Source: Crocosphaera subtropica ATCC 51142 (GTDB lineage: Bacteria; Cyanobacteriota; Cyanobacteriia; Cyanobacteriales; Microcystaceae). From it: 31,856 nt of DNA. The number at the start of each line of letters is the position of its first letter. Within the stretch, counting starts at the first letter, position 1. The notes beneath the pieces were generated by a model, which saw only the letters and a program-made list of their open reading frames with translations, did no database searches and was not told the DNA's origin. Location of the stretch: NCBI RefSeq assembly GCF_000017845.1, contig NC_010541.1, positions 1 through 31,856 on the forward strand, in the 5' to 3' direction. Shown one piece after another: positions 7,624 through 15,600 of the stretch. Both the position numbers and the translations under genes were made by a program.

Positions 7624-10600
7624 TTACAAACTCAACCCATTATCTCGACTACGCTGTTGAGACTTTTGAACAAGTTTCTGCTTAAGCTGATTTAATCGTT
7701 GCTCAATTTCTGGGTCAATCTGAGCAATTAACTCTCTATCTTTTTCATTAAGATTACCTTGAATTCGTCCATCTTTTTTCTGGAGAATTAAACCTCGTTG
7801 ACTAGCAGAATATAATTCTATTGTCTCATAGTCAGTAGAGGCTTTAATCATATAACGTGGCCGTTTCAATCGTCGCCATCCGTGTTGAGGTGGGATATTT
7901 AAGAACTGCATTAATTTAGTCAGGGACTCAATAGCTTTTACGTTATTCAAGTCCGCTAACCGTTGCTCAGATGAAGGGGTTTGTAAAGTTGTCTTTGAAG
8001 CATCGGGCTTATTTTGAGAGGGTTTTACCGTCTGTTTAGGAGTAGGAGAAACTGACGATTGTTTCTCAATCGGTTGCTTTTTAACTGCTTTCTTTTCTGT
8101 AGTTTCCTTCTGGTTTTTATCCCCTTTAAGACGTTCCGCTAATTCCTGTAATCGTTGTTGGTTTTCGTCAGAAAGTTGGTTAGATTTAGCCAGAGTGTCT
8201 AAGAGTTCTTTCAGTTTTTTATTAAGGTTAGCATCAGCTTCATTGAAAATAATTAATGGTTCAGCTATCTCTTTATCAAGATGATTATTAGGTTTCTTGA
8301 CTTCAGCATTGGTCACAGCTTCAGACTCAGTAACTTCTGATAAGATTGTATCATTATCTGTCTCAATTTTTTCATCGGAAATTATTTTAGATTGAGAAAC
8401 GGACTCAGGAATTGGATTAGTTAAATCCCTATTTTTTTTAGTTTCAATTTCTAAGTTTCGCTTAACTGATTGAGAAGCTTTCTGTTCTAAAGGCTTCAAT
8501 TCTTCATCACTAATTTGGTTATAATTCTCAATTAACTTCTCATCCTTATCCCTTATTGGCTTCTTATTCGACGGAAATGATGAAACAGTAGTTACTGGTT
8601 TTTCTTGAGGTACATTAGTAACATTACTTGAAGAATCAACAACTGAAACTGAAGAGGGTTGAGTGGTAAAACTTGATACTTCTTTCCCATCTGCCCCTCT
8701 TTCTTTTGTTTTATATTTACCCTTAAGTAAAGCCTTTTGACGAGCGCGTAATAATTCTAAAGGATTCTTTTTCGCCCTCGATGCTTTAGCCAAGTCCAGT
8801 AAATTATCTTTATCCAAAGTATATAACTTTAAGTCAGACTTGACCCTAGAAACCGCTACATAAAAGCTTTCCTTGCCAACAGTATAATCAGCCGAAATTA
8901 ACACTTGGTCTGCGGTTTTACCTTGGGATGAATAAGTCGTACTAACTAACCCATAATCTAAATGTTGGGGAACACTAAAATTAAAACTATCTTGTTGGCC
9001 ATCCTTGTATTCAATGGTGGCTATTGTCCCTTCAATAGCTTTAACCGTAAATTCTTGACCGTTTCTGCGTCCTTGTTTTCTATCATTCTTAGTCCACTTT
9101 AATCTATCTCCTACTGCAATTTCAATCTCCGAACTCCCATAAACCGCTTTCTCAAATAAAGGATCGACTTTAACCCTGTTTCCTGTCGAATCTTTCAGAG
9201 TTAAACTATCAACATCTTTATCAATGATTTCATAAAGTTCCCCTTTGCTTAATTGACGTTGTTTGTAATTAAAAGCAGGACTGACTAAATCCCCGATTTC
9301 TAAATGATGGGTAAAGCGCATTTGTACCCTCGTTAAATCCTTACTTTTCAGTTGGGTAAGCTTGACCCCTTCTCCTAACTTTCCTTCCTCTTTTAATCCT
9401 TGACGAATAGTTTGAGTAATGGCCAACCGTTCCGCATTCGTTCCTGCCAAAATTAAGGTTTTTTCTCTATCCGCTTCAGGGATTTTCAAGTAATCATTAA
9501 CAATCTGATTAATTTTCTCCTCTTCAGCCACTTCAATTAAACAATTAGCCTGATTAAGAATACCAAACCCTGCATCAATTTCCCCCTTAGAAATGAAATC
9601 CACGGCGGTTTGTAGTTCAGGGGTGCGCTGTCGTAGGGATTGATTCATTCGAGCAGTGGTCATTCCTGCTGCTTGTAAAGACTTGAACGGGTTTCCTGCT
9701 TCTACGGCGGATAATTGGCGCGTGTCTCCCACTAACAACACTCTGGCGTTTTCAGCTTTTGCCCGTTTTAATAATTCATAAGCTGCTTTGGCACTGAGTA
9801 ACCCAGCTTCGTCAACGATCCAAATTTGGTTAGGTTCTACCTGTTTTGCTTGTTTGGAATACAGTAAACTAGCCACTGTATCGGCTTTAATGCCAACCTC
9901 AAATCCTAAAACCTTGGCCGCTTCAGCAGACGGGGCAAACCCTTTAACTGAGTAGCCATTTTTTTGACTCAAAGTAGTGAAATGATTTAACGCGTATGTT
10001 TTCCCGGCACCTGCTACCCCTTGCCATGCCATTACGGTGTCACGGCTACTTAACGCGGTGGTGATGGCTTCCTGTTGTCCCTCTGTTAGCGAGATGGGGG
10101 CTAAACCCTGATTAATCTTTGCTTCTGAGCAGATAGGACGTTCTTTATTTTTCCCTTCTAACATTAAACGAATGGTGGCCAGTTCTCGTTGTAAAGCAGC
10201 TTCGGTGGTATAGCGACGGTTAAGGTTGTCACTAACGTTAATTAATTGAGAATGCTGACCAATGGTTTTATCAAGGTTCTTTATATTAATGGGTTGACCA
10301 TTTAATAAGATAAATTTTTCTACCTCTTCAAGCCGAAAGGCCACAGCCCTTTCTTCACAATGAGCGATGGCATCATTGACAATATTAGCCTTAATAGGGC
10401 TTGGTTGAGAGATAGCATTTTGGTCAATATTGCCTTGATTTGCCTGATAATCACTCCCCCTGCTCCTCTGCTCCCTCTGCTCCCTCTGCTCCCTCTGCTC
10501 CCTCTGCTTCCTCTGCTCCCTCTGCTCCCTCTGCTCCCCTAACCCTTCACCTTTTTTATCCAAACCAGTATTAGGATTAACAAATTTAACCCCTAATTCA

Positions 10601-11418
10601 CTGGCTTCTCGTTGCCATTTCTGCTTCAACTCAGATGGGGATACCACTTCTTTTTTGACACGGGTATTGCCCCAAGCGATGTTACGCTCAACCACACTGG
10701 CATTTTCCCCGGCTTCGGCTAAAATCTGTTGTCGCCGTTTAGAAAAGAATTCCAGGTCTTTTTTCTCATAACCAGCAATTTCAAACTGTCCATGCTGTTT
10801 GGCTTCTACTTGATAACCCAGCTTCCTTAATTCCAAGGCTAAGTTATGTTGATAGACCATCCCTAATAATTTCTGTTGGCGGTAAATGGCATCGTTGTGG
10901 AGGCTGCGCCATTGGCCATCGTCTCGTTGGGTGACGTTCATGACCACACAATGGGTATGTAGATGGGGGTCTAAGTTTCTGGTTTCGATGTGGTCAAATT
11001 GAGCAACGGCTAACTTGCCGGTCTGAACCACTTGCCGGGGCTGTCCTTTCTTTAAAATGCGACTTTGAGCATAACGGGACTCCATCAAGGCTAGGGTTTG
11101 GTTGACAGCCTTGCGATGAGCTTCAATTAGTCGTTCGTCTCCACCGACTAAGGCTTGTAAACTGACACTTTTGGGGGCGTTAAAGGTACAGTCAATGGCG
11201 GCGCGGTGTTGATTGCCTTTGATTTTCCGCCCCATGAGACAGTGGTTGCCGTCGGGGGACTGGCCATCTAAGAGGTTATTGTAAGCGTCATGGTTTTTAA
11301 TTTCTCCCGTCAAGTTGAGATTGGCTGCCCCTTCACCGAACCATCGGCCTTCCTCGTAGTAGCCTTTTTCAAAGTAGGTCTTAGCCAGTTCTGCATTAAC
11401 GTTCTTAATGGTCAGCAT
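7624..11418 (-). CDS. MobF-family (TrwC/TraA-like) conjugative relaxase fused to a RecD-like helicase, with a long low-complexity tail
   Basis: 1264 aa. N-terminal MLTIKNV...YFEKGYYEEG..WFGEGAANLNLTGEI (TrwC-type Tyr motif) and the His-triad DHIETRNLDPHLHTHCVVMN. Helicase Walker A GVAGAGKTYAL and Walker B IWIVDEAGLL. The last ~385 aa are Lys/Glu/Ser/Gln-rich. Confidence 0.9.
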   Translation of the reverse strand: MLTIKNVNAELAKTYFEKGYYEEGRWFGEGAANLNLTGEIKNHDAYNNLLDGQSPDGNHCLMGRKIKGNQHRAAIDCTFNAPKSVSLQALVGGDERLIEAHRKAVNQTLALMESRYAQSRILKKGQPRQVVQTGKLAVAQFDHIETRNLDPHLHTHCVVMNVTQRDDGQWRSLHNDAIYRQQKLLGMVYQHNLALELRKLGYQVEAKQHGQFEIAGYEKKDLEFFSKRRQQILAEAGENASVVERNIAWGNTRVKKEVVSPSELKQKWQREASELGVKFVNPNTGLDKKGEGLGEQREQREQRKQREQREQREQREQRSRGSDYQANQGNIDQNAISQPSPIKANIVNDAIAHCEERAVAFRLEEVEKFILLNGQPINIKNLDKTIGQHSQLINVSDNLNRRYTTEAALQRELATIRLMLEGKNKERPICSEAKINQGLAPISLTEGQQEAITTALSSRDTVMAWQGVAGAGKTYALNHFTTLSQKNGYSVKGFAPSAEAAKVLGFEVGIKADTVASLLYSKQAKQVEPNQIWIVDEAGLLSAKAAYELLKRAKAENARVLLVGDTRQLSAVEAGNPFKSLQAAGMTTARMNQSLRQRTPELQTAVDFISKGEIDAGFGILNQANCLIEVAEEEKINQIVNDYLKIPEADREKTLILAGTNAERLAITQTIRQGLKEEGKLGEGVKLTQLKSKDLTRVQMRFTHHLEIGDLVSPAFNYKQRQLSKGELYEIIDKDVDSLTLKDSTGNRVKVDPLFEKAVYGSSEIEIAVGDRLKWTKNDRKQGRRNGQEFTVKAIEGTIATIEYKDGQQDSFNFSVPQHLDYGLVSTTYSSQGKTADQVLISADYTVGKESFYVAVSRVKSDLKLYTLDKDNLLDLAKASRAKKNPLELLRARQKALLKGKYKTKERGADGKEVSSFTTQPSSVSVVDSSSNVTNVPQEKPVTTVSSFPSNKKPIRDKDEKLIENYNQISDEELKPLEQKASQSVKRNLEIETKKNRDLTNPIPESVSQSKIISDEKIETDNDTILSEVTESEAVTNAEVKKPNNHLDKEIAEPLIIFNEADANLNKKLKELLDTLAKSNQLSDENQQRLQELAERLKGDKNQKETTEKKAVKKQPIEKQSSVSPTPKQTVKPSQNKPDASKTTLQTPSSEQRLADLNNVKAIESLTKLMQFLNIPPQHGWRRLKRPRYMIKASTDYETIELYSASQRGLILQKKDGRIQGNLNEKDRELIAQIDPEIEQRLNQLKQKLVQKSQQRSRDNGLSL
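10468..10539 (-). repeat. 9-bp coding microsatellite (CTGCTCCCT)x8 encoding (EQR)n in the relaxase linker
   Basis: Eight head-to-tail 9-bp units (one CTGCTTCCT variant, last unit CTGCTCCCC) plus a partial unit at 10459-10467. Translated on the minus strand this gives EQREQREQRKQREQREQREQREQR, between the relaxase and helicase domains. Confidence 0.95.
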
Positions 11419-11767
11419 TCCCTTCCTCTTCTACCAGTGGTTCAAGTTGAAGATCAGGGAGTGCCTTTAACTGAGTGATAAGACTTTCACTCAGTTCGGT
11501 TCGGATGCACCAGATGCTAATCTGTTTAAACCGGTTCACTTTGTTTTGATAAAAGAACCGATCTATTTCAGGCAAGGCTTTGATTAGTTCTACTGCTGAT
11601 GAGTGGTAACGGGTAAATAACAAAGCCACCCAGTCAGTGAACTTCAACGGATAAATATAAACCACTTCTTTTCGTAAGCTTCCATCGAATAACAGACGGT
11701 CACTTATCTCCTTACACTCTATTTGTAATTGTCGTTTGGGCCAGCTTTTCTCTTCTACAATCATCAA
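11405..11767 (-). CDS. Hypothetical protein, possible relaxosome accessory factor
   Basis: 120 aa, no motif recognised. Its 3' end overlaps the relaxase start by 14 nt (operon coupling), the position usually held by MobF accessory proteins. Confidence 0.5.
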   Translation of the reverse strand: MMIVEEKSWPKRQLQIECKEISDRLLFDGSLRKEVVYIYPLKFTDWVALLFTRYHSSAVELIKALPEIDRFFYQNKVNRFKQISIWCIRTELSESLITQLKALPDLQLEPLVEEEGNADH

Positions 11768-12132
11768 TCAATCAGTAATACGTTTGAAGTTATTTTGTCG
11801 TTAAATTTACGAATTAGTAAATTCTCATAGAGGGGGTGTTAGAATCTATTATAATGGTTTTGCCAAAACTTGGCGTAATGTGCAAAGTCATATGAAAAAA
11901 AGTAGGTTGCTCATAGCTAGTCAGTTTTTGAGAAAATTAGCTCATAAAGGAACTCGGTAGGTGAGCCGAATGGGGTCAGTTGGGGTCACTGAATAGAAAG
12001 ACTGTAACTGTATTGAGCCTAGTATGAGCAAAAATAAAAGCTTTTTAGGGTATCTTGAGTCAGTTTTGAGCCAGCGAAACGGTCAAAAAATCGCTAGAAT
12101 CAGATCATGGTGATATTAACTGATGTGAGGAG
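11768..12132. promoter_or_regulatory. Repeat-rich divergent intergenic region (candidate oriT and/or centromere and promoters)
   Basis: Lies between the mob operon (minus) and the actin-like operon (plus). Contains tandem TGGGGTCAGT/TGGGGTCACT (11971-11990). GTCAGTTTTTGAG (11920-11932) and GTCAGTTTTGAG (12059-12070). Inverted TTGCTCATA (11907-11915) / TATGAGCAA (12023-12031). TGAGCC occurs three times. Confidence 0.4.
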
Positions 12133-13617
12133 ATGCCAGATTTAATACTTGCCCTGGATTTTGGAGCTAGTGCGACTAAGATCGCGTATCGAAGTGGGTC
12201 AACGGAAGGTTCATCGAAGTTTGAGGTGGTGATGATGCCTCCGGACATTGAACCCATTGACCGTGACAAATTAGAACGGTATCAGACGAGAGACACCATA
12301 GTTGTGACTCAAGTCCCTGAGATAGAAGAGATTTGGATTGAGACTAAGGATAAACTGTATGCAGTCGGTCACTTAGCACGATTGTTTGAGCCGGTGGATA
12401 AGATCAAAGATGTCAAATATGAAGTGGCTGCCTATAAAACCCTGGCTGCAATGGGTTATGTTCTGTCTACCCTGACTCAACAAAACCAGTTACCCAAGAA
12501 AAAGAATTATAAAATTGCCCTAGCGGTGGTGCTACCGTGGGAAGAGTTTCCTGATAAAGATCGTTTCAAGTCCTTTTTAGAATTGCTCCTGTCTAACTGG
12601 AAATATAGGGATAAAAAATGGGGCATTAAACTGGAATCTTTCTCAGTGCGTCAAGAAGGGTTCGGGTTATTTTACCTGTATCAAAAGAGTATGTTCAAAC
12701 CATCGTTAGATCGTATGGCGATTTTGATGTTTGGGCATCGTAATATTTCGGCCCTATATTTTAAGGATAAAAAGCTTCATAGTGGCTCTTCCCCACTGCT
12801 AGGATTTCACCAAGTATTTGATCGTGTTGCTCAATCCATTTCTTGGTTAGATAGACAGACCATAGTTAACACCTTTGAAACCATCTGGCAGAATCATCGA
12901 CAGGCTTTTTTTAAAACCACCTACATCGAGAAAAAGCCAGAAAATCAGCCCTTGCTCCAGCGATGGAGGATCAAAGTAGGAACCTATCACCATTATGTGG
13001 CTATTGAGATGAAGTTTCCTAATTGGGCTGCACTCAAACCGATTCAGGATTTAGCCAGAGCATCAGATCCCGACCTCAGACAAAGGGAAATTAATGACAT
13101 TGCCCATGCCATCACTTTAGCCTTAGAGGAATATATTGAGTCGTTTCAAAAATGGTATAACTCAATGTTTCCTGAACCGCTTTCGACAATAGTAATTAGT
13201 GGAGGAGCGAGTTGGTTTATTCGCCCCTTACTATCTGAATGGTTCTCAGAAGGGATTGGTGTCGGCTTTAATCTTGGCTATAATAATTCGCTTCAAAGAC
13301 TGTCTGAATATCAATCGGCTAAATCTCTTGATGAAGTAGGTTTATCTATTTATTTATCTAATTTTCCCGACTCTCTAAGTGACTGGGAAAAAAGAAGAAA
13401 TTGGTTTCATGTCAGTCCAATTTACCGTCCTTATGAAGCTAACCCAAGGGGAATCGAGAAAGAGATTGTTAAAGAAAGACGGCTATATTTCACCATGTCC
13501 AAATATTCTCAAATTCCCAATCTTAATGCTTATGAATCTTTTTCTTTCTCTTATCAACGTAAGGCCGATGTGATTGGATTAGGGGCTTATCTCATGGATA
13601 AAACCTTAAAGACTTGA
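12133..13617 (+). CDS. Divergent actin-like ATPase (ParM/Alp superfamily-like)
   Basis: 494 aa. LILALDFGASATKIAY (phosphate-1, nt 12154-12180), LAVVLPWEEF, VRQEGFGLFY and IVISGGASWF (adenosine motif, ~13194-13211). The phosphate-2 position is degenerate (AILMFGHRNISALY). The call rests on motif order only. Confidence 0.55.
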   Translation: MPDLILALDFGASATKIAYRSGSTEGSSKFEVVMMPPDIEPIDRDKLERYQTRDTIVVTQVPEIEEIWIETKDKLYAVGHLARLFEPVDKIKDVKYEVAAYKTLAAMGYVLSTLTQQNQLPKKKNYKIALAVVLPWEEFPDKDRFKSFLELLLSNWKYRDKKWGIKLESFSVRQEGFGLFYLYQKSMFKPSLDRMAILMFGHRNISALYFKDKKLHSGSSPLLGFHQVFDRVAQSISWLDRQTIVNTFETIWQNHRQAFFKTTYIEKKPENQPLLQRWRIKVGTYHHYVAIEMKFPNWAALKPIQDLARASDPDLRQREINDIAHAITLALEEYIESFQKWYNSMFPEPLSTIVISGGASWFIRPLLSEWFSEGIGVGFNLGYNNSLQRLSEYQSAKSLDEVGLSIYLSNFPDSLSDWEKRRNWFHVSPIYRPYEANPRGIEKEIVKERRLYFTMSKYSQIPNLNAYESFSFSYQRKADVIGLGAYLMDKTLKT

Positions 13618-13650
13618 AGGACATAAACAGAAAAAAGGTTATTTAATTGA

Positions 13651-14136
13651 TTGATGAAGCTGTTAACTGGAGTGAACATGGACAAAGGGAGAAAGAACTT
13701 TCATATTAGATTACAACCTGATAGCGAGAGTTTATTAGGGGAAGTCATCGACTATTTACAGACCTTAAAAAAAGAGGAGTTAAATAAGCGAGTGGGAGAG
13801 CTTTTAGTGGCTGCTTTTTTACCCCTAGCGAGGTATCATCAAAACACTTCTGACTCTGAAGAGTTAAGAATTACTTGTATTAATTCCTGTGATGCTTTGA
13901 GTCGTCATAGTGAATATTTGCGTCAGTTATTGAAAGTGAATCATCCAACAACATTGCATTTAGTTTTGTCGAGTAATGTTGTTGCTGACCCCAATCAAAT
14001 TGTTTCTCAAGTGACTCATCAAGCGTCACCAGTGGTTAATCAGACTCCTGAACAAAATGGGGATAAAGAAGTTGAGGAAGATTCATCTCCTCCTCTTGAA
14101 GAAACCGATGATGTTTTTGGAGGGTTTGATGATTAG
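13651..14136 (+). CDS. Hypothetical RHH-like protein with acidic C-terminal tail (possible ParR-like adaptor)
   Basis: The ORF track starts at TTG 13651. ATG 13678 preceded by GGAG (13669-13672) is the more likely start (152 aa). RKNFHIRLQPDSESLLGEVIDYLQTL resembles an RHH strand plus helix. The C-terminus EEDSSPPLEETDDVFGGFDD is strongly acidic. Confidence 0.45.
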   Translation: MMKLLTGVNMDKGRKNFHIRLQPDSESLLGEVIDYLQTLKKEELNKRVGELLVAAFLPLARYHQNTSDSEELRITCINSCDALSRHSEYLRQLLKVNHPTTLHLVLSSNVVADPNQIVSQVTHQASPVVNQTPEQNGDKEVEEDSSPPLEETDDVFGGFDD

Positions 14137-14172
14137 AAGTAGAGAAGAGAAACTATTAAATCTAGACTCATA

Positions 14173-14559
14173 TTAGACTTCTAATTCTAATTTTAATTGA
14201 CCTGGACTGATATTGCCTCGTTGTCCTCGGTGCAGATAAAGATGACAGGCACTACACAAAGGAATAAGATTAGATTCATGATTATTACTTGGATCATAAT
14301 CGCTATGATGGACGGTTAAAGTATATTTGGTTCTTACACTTTTATCGGTTAACCATTGTTGTATTATTATTAACCAAAATAGGAGTAATGATAGGGGATG
14401 AATAGCTTTATATAGGATGGTAGGACAAAGGTTAATCGATAATTTGTCATCAGGAGATAGACAGATTTGCCCACATTTAGAACAAGTCCAATTAGCCGAC
14501 TGTTTAACCCTTAAGGCAATTTCGTCCCAATCATCAGGATATCTATCTCTATTTTTCAT
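14173..14559 (-). CDS. HNH endonuclease-family protein
   Basis: 128 aa. CSKCGQ near the N-terminus and TLTVHHSDYDPSNNHESNLIPLCSACHLYLH give the HNH motif with a flanking Cys pair. Confidence 0.75.
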   Translation of the reverse strand: MKNRDRYPDDWDEIALRVKQSANWTCSKCGQICLSPDDKLSINLCPTILYKAIHPLSLLLFWLIIIQQWLTDKSVRTKYTLTVHHSDYDPSNNHESNLIPLCSACHLYLHRGQRGNISPGQLKLELEV

Positions 14560-14885
14560 TGATTCTTTATCCTATTTTTATAAGTGTATCAAACCAAGGG
14601 TATTTTATTCACAAAATAGCTAAATAATTAGGAATTACTGTTACTACAGCGAGAAAAATAAAAGCTATATTGGCTCAATAAAAAAAATCTACCGAACATA
14701 ATTGAGTACGGTTTTCAAGACCGAAACGCTCTTTAATTGGTTCGGTGAGTAAACCCTACCAAATAGGGGATAGAAGCCCCACTTACGTTCCTCTTGCCAT
14801 CTGATTAATATAAAAATAACCAAACAAATAAATAAAACAGGTTACATTAATCAACTATCAGACTATTACTAAAGGAGACAGCATC

Positions 14886-15347
14886 ATGGCATTAGTACGT
14901 TATAATCCTTGGCAAGAAATGAATTCTTTACAACATCAATTAAATCGTTTATTGGATGAAGCTTTAACCCCTACTAATTGGGAAGATTTTGGAAATTTCT
15001 CTAAAATACCTGCTGCTGAATTAACCGAAACTGATGACGCTTTGCATCTCAAACTTGAAGTTCCTGGAATGTCAGCTAAAGATTTAGACATTCAAGTAAT
15101 GGTAGATCGAGTGGCTATTGCTGGTGAAAGAAAATCGGAAACTAATACCTCTGAAAATGGTAAGACTCGCTCAGAATTCCGTTATGGTAAATTCCAAAGA
15201 GTAATTCCTCTTCCTGTACGCATTGAAAACACTAACGTTAGCGCAGATTATAAAGATGGTATTCTTCATTTAAACCTACCCAAGTCAAATGAAGAAAAAA
15301 ATAAAGTTGTTAAAATTAGTATTCCTGAAGCTGAAGCGACTGCTTAG
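14886..15347 (+). CDS. Small heat-shock protein, Hsp20/alpha-crystallin family
   Basis: 153 aa. MALVRYNPWQEMNSLQHQLNRLLDE N-terminus, and an alpha-crystallin core (PAAELTETDDALHLKLEVPGM...DIQV...AGERK...FRYGKFQRVIPLP...ADYKDGILHLNLPK). AAGGAG RBS upstream. Confidence 0.92.
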   Translation: MALVRYNPWQEMNSLQHQLNRLLDEALTPTNWEDFGNFSKIPAAELTETDDALHLKLEVPGMSAKDLDIQVMVDRVAIAGERKSETNTSENGKTRSEFRYGKFQRVIPLPVRIENTNVSADYKDGILHLNLPKSNEEKNKVVKISIPEAEATA

Positions 15348-15371
15348 TAGTTTAAGAGAAACATTACTGAG

Positions 15372-15397
15372 TCCCTATCATTAGATAGGGATTTTTT
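15372..15397 (+). terminator. Rho-independent terminator of the Hsp20 gene
   Basis: TCCCTATC (15372-15379), loop ATTA, GATAGGGA (15384-15391), then TTTTTT (15392-15397). Begins 25 nt after the stop. Confidence 0.8.
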
Positions 15398-15511
15398 GTG
15401 ACAATTATCAAAGTGTCCCCTATCTATTGAATCAAAACAGTGGCGATTTTAAGCTTATTGTAAATCGATAATTAATCGGTCATTTGTGGTGTGAGAGGGT
15501 ATGTAAGAAAG

Positions 15512-15550
15512 CACTTGGGGTCGAAACACGGCAAGACTCCCAGGTGTTTT
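15512..15550. terminator. Bidirectional terminator-like hairpin
   Basis: CACTTGGGG (15512-15520) pairs with TCCCAGGTG (15538-15546) as a 9-bp stem with two G-U pairs. It is flanked by an A-rich stretch (AAGAAAG) upstream and TTTT (15547-15550) downstream. It lies ~50 nt beyond the stop of the minus-strand gene 15601-16482. Confidence 0.5.
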
Positions 15551-15600
15551 CTATTAGCAATAAATAAGCACAGTTCAATGGTGTAACTATTAAATCATTT

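Noticed and set aside
10360-10542. Plus-strand ORF ending in PLLPLLPLLPLL
   Set aside because: It is the antisense reading of the 9-bp (EQR)n microsatellite inside the relaxase gene. It is not an independent gene.
11290-11478. Plus-strand 62-aa ORF at the relaxase 5' end; similar small overlapping ORFs at 13379-13573, 14417-14623, 18476-18679, 19699-19971 and 21220-21426
   Set aside because: All are embedded antisense or out of frame within larger ORFs that carry clear family motifs. None has independent support.
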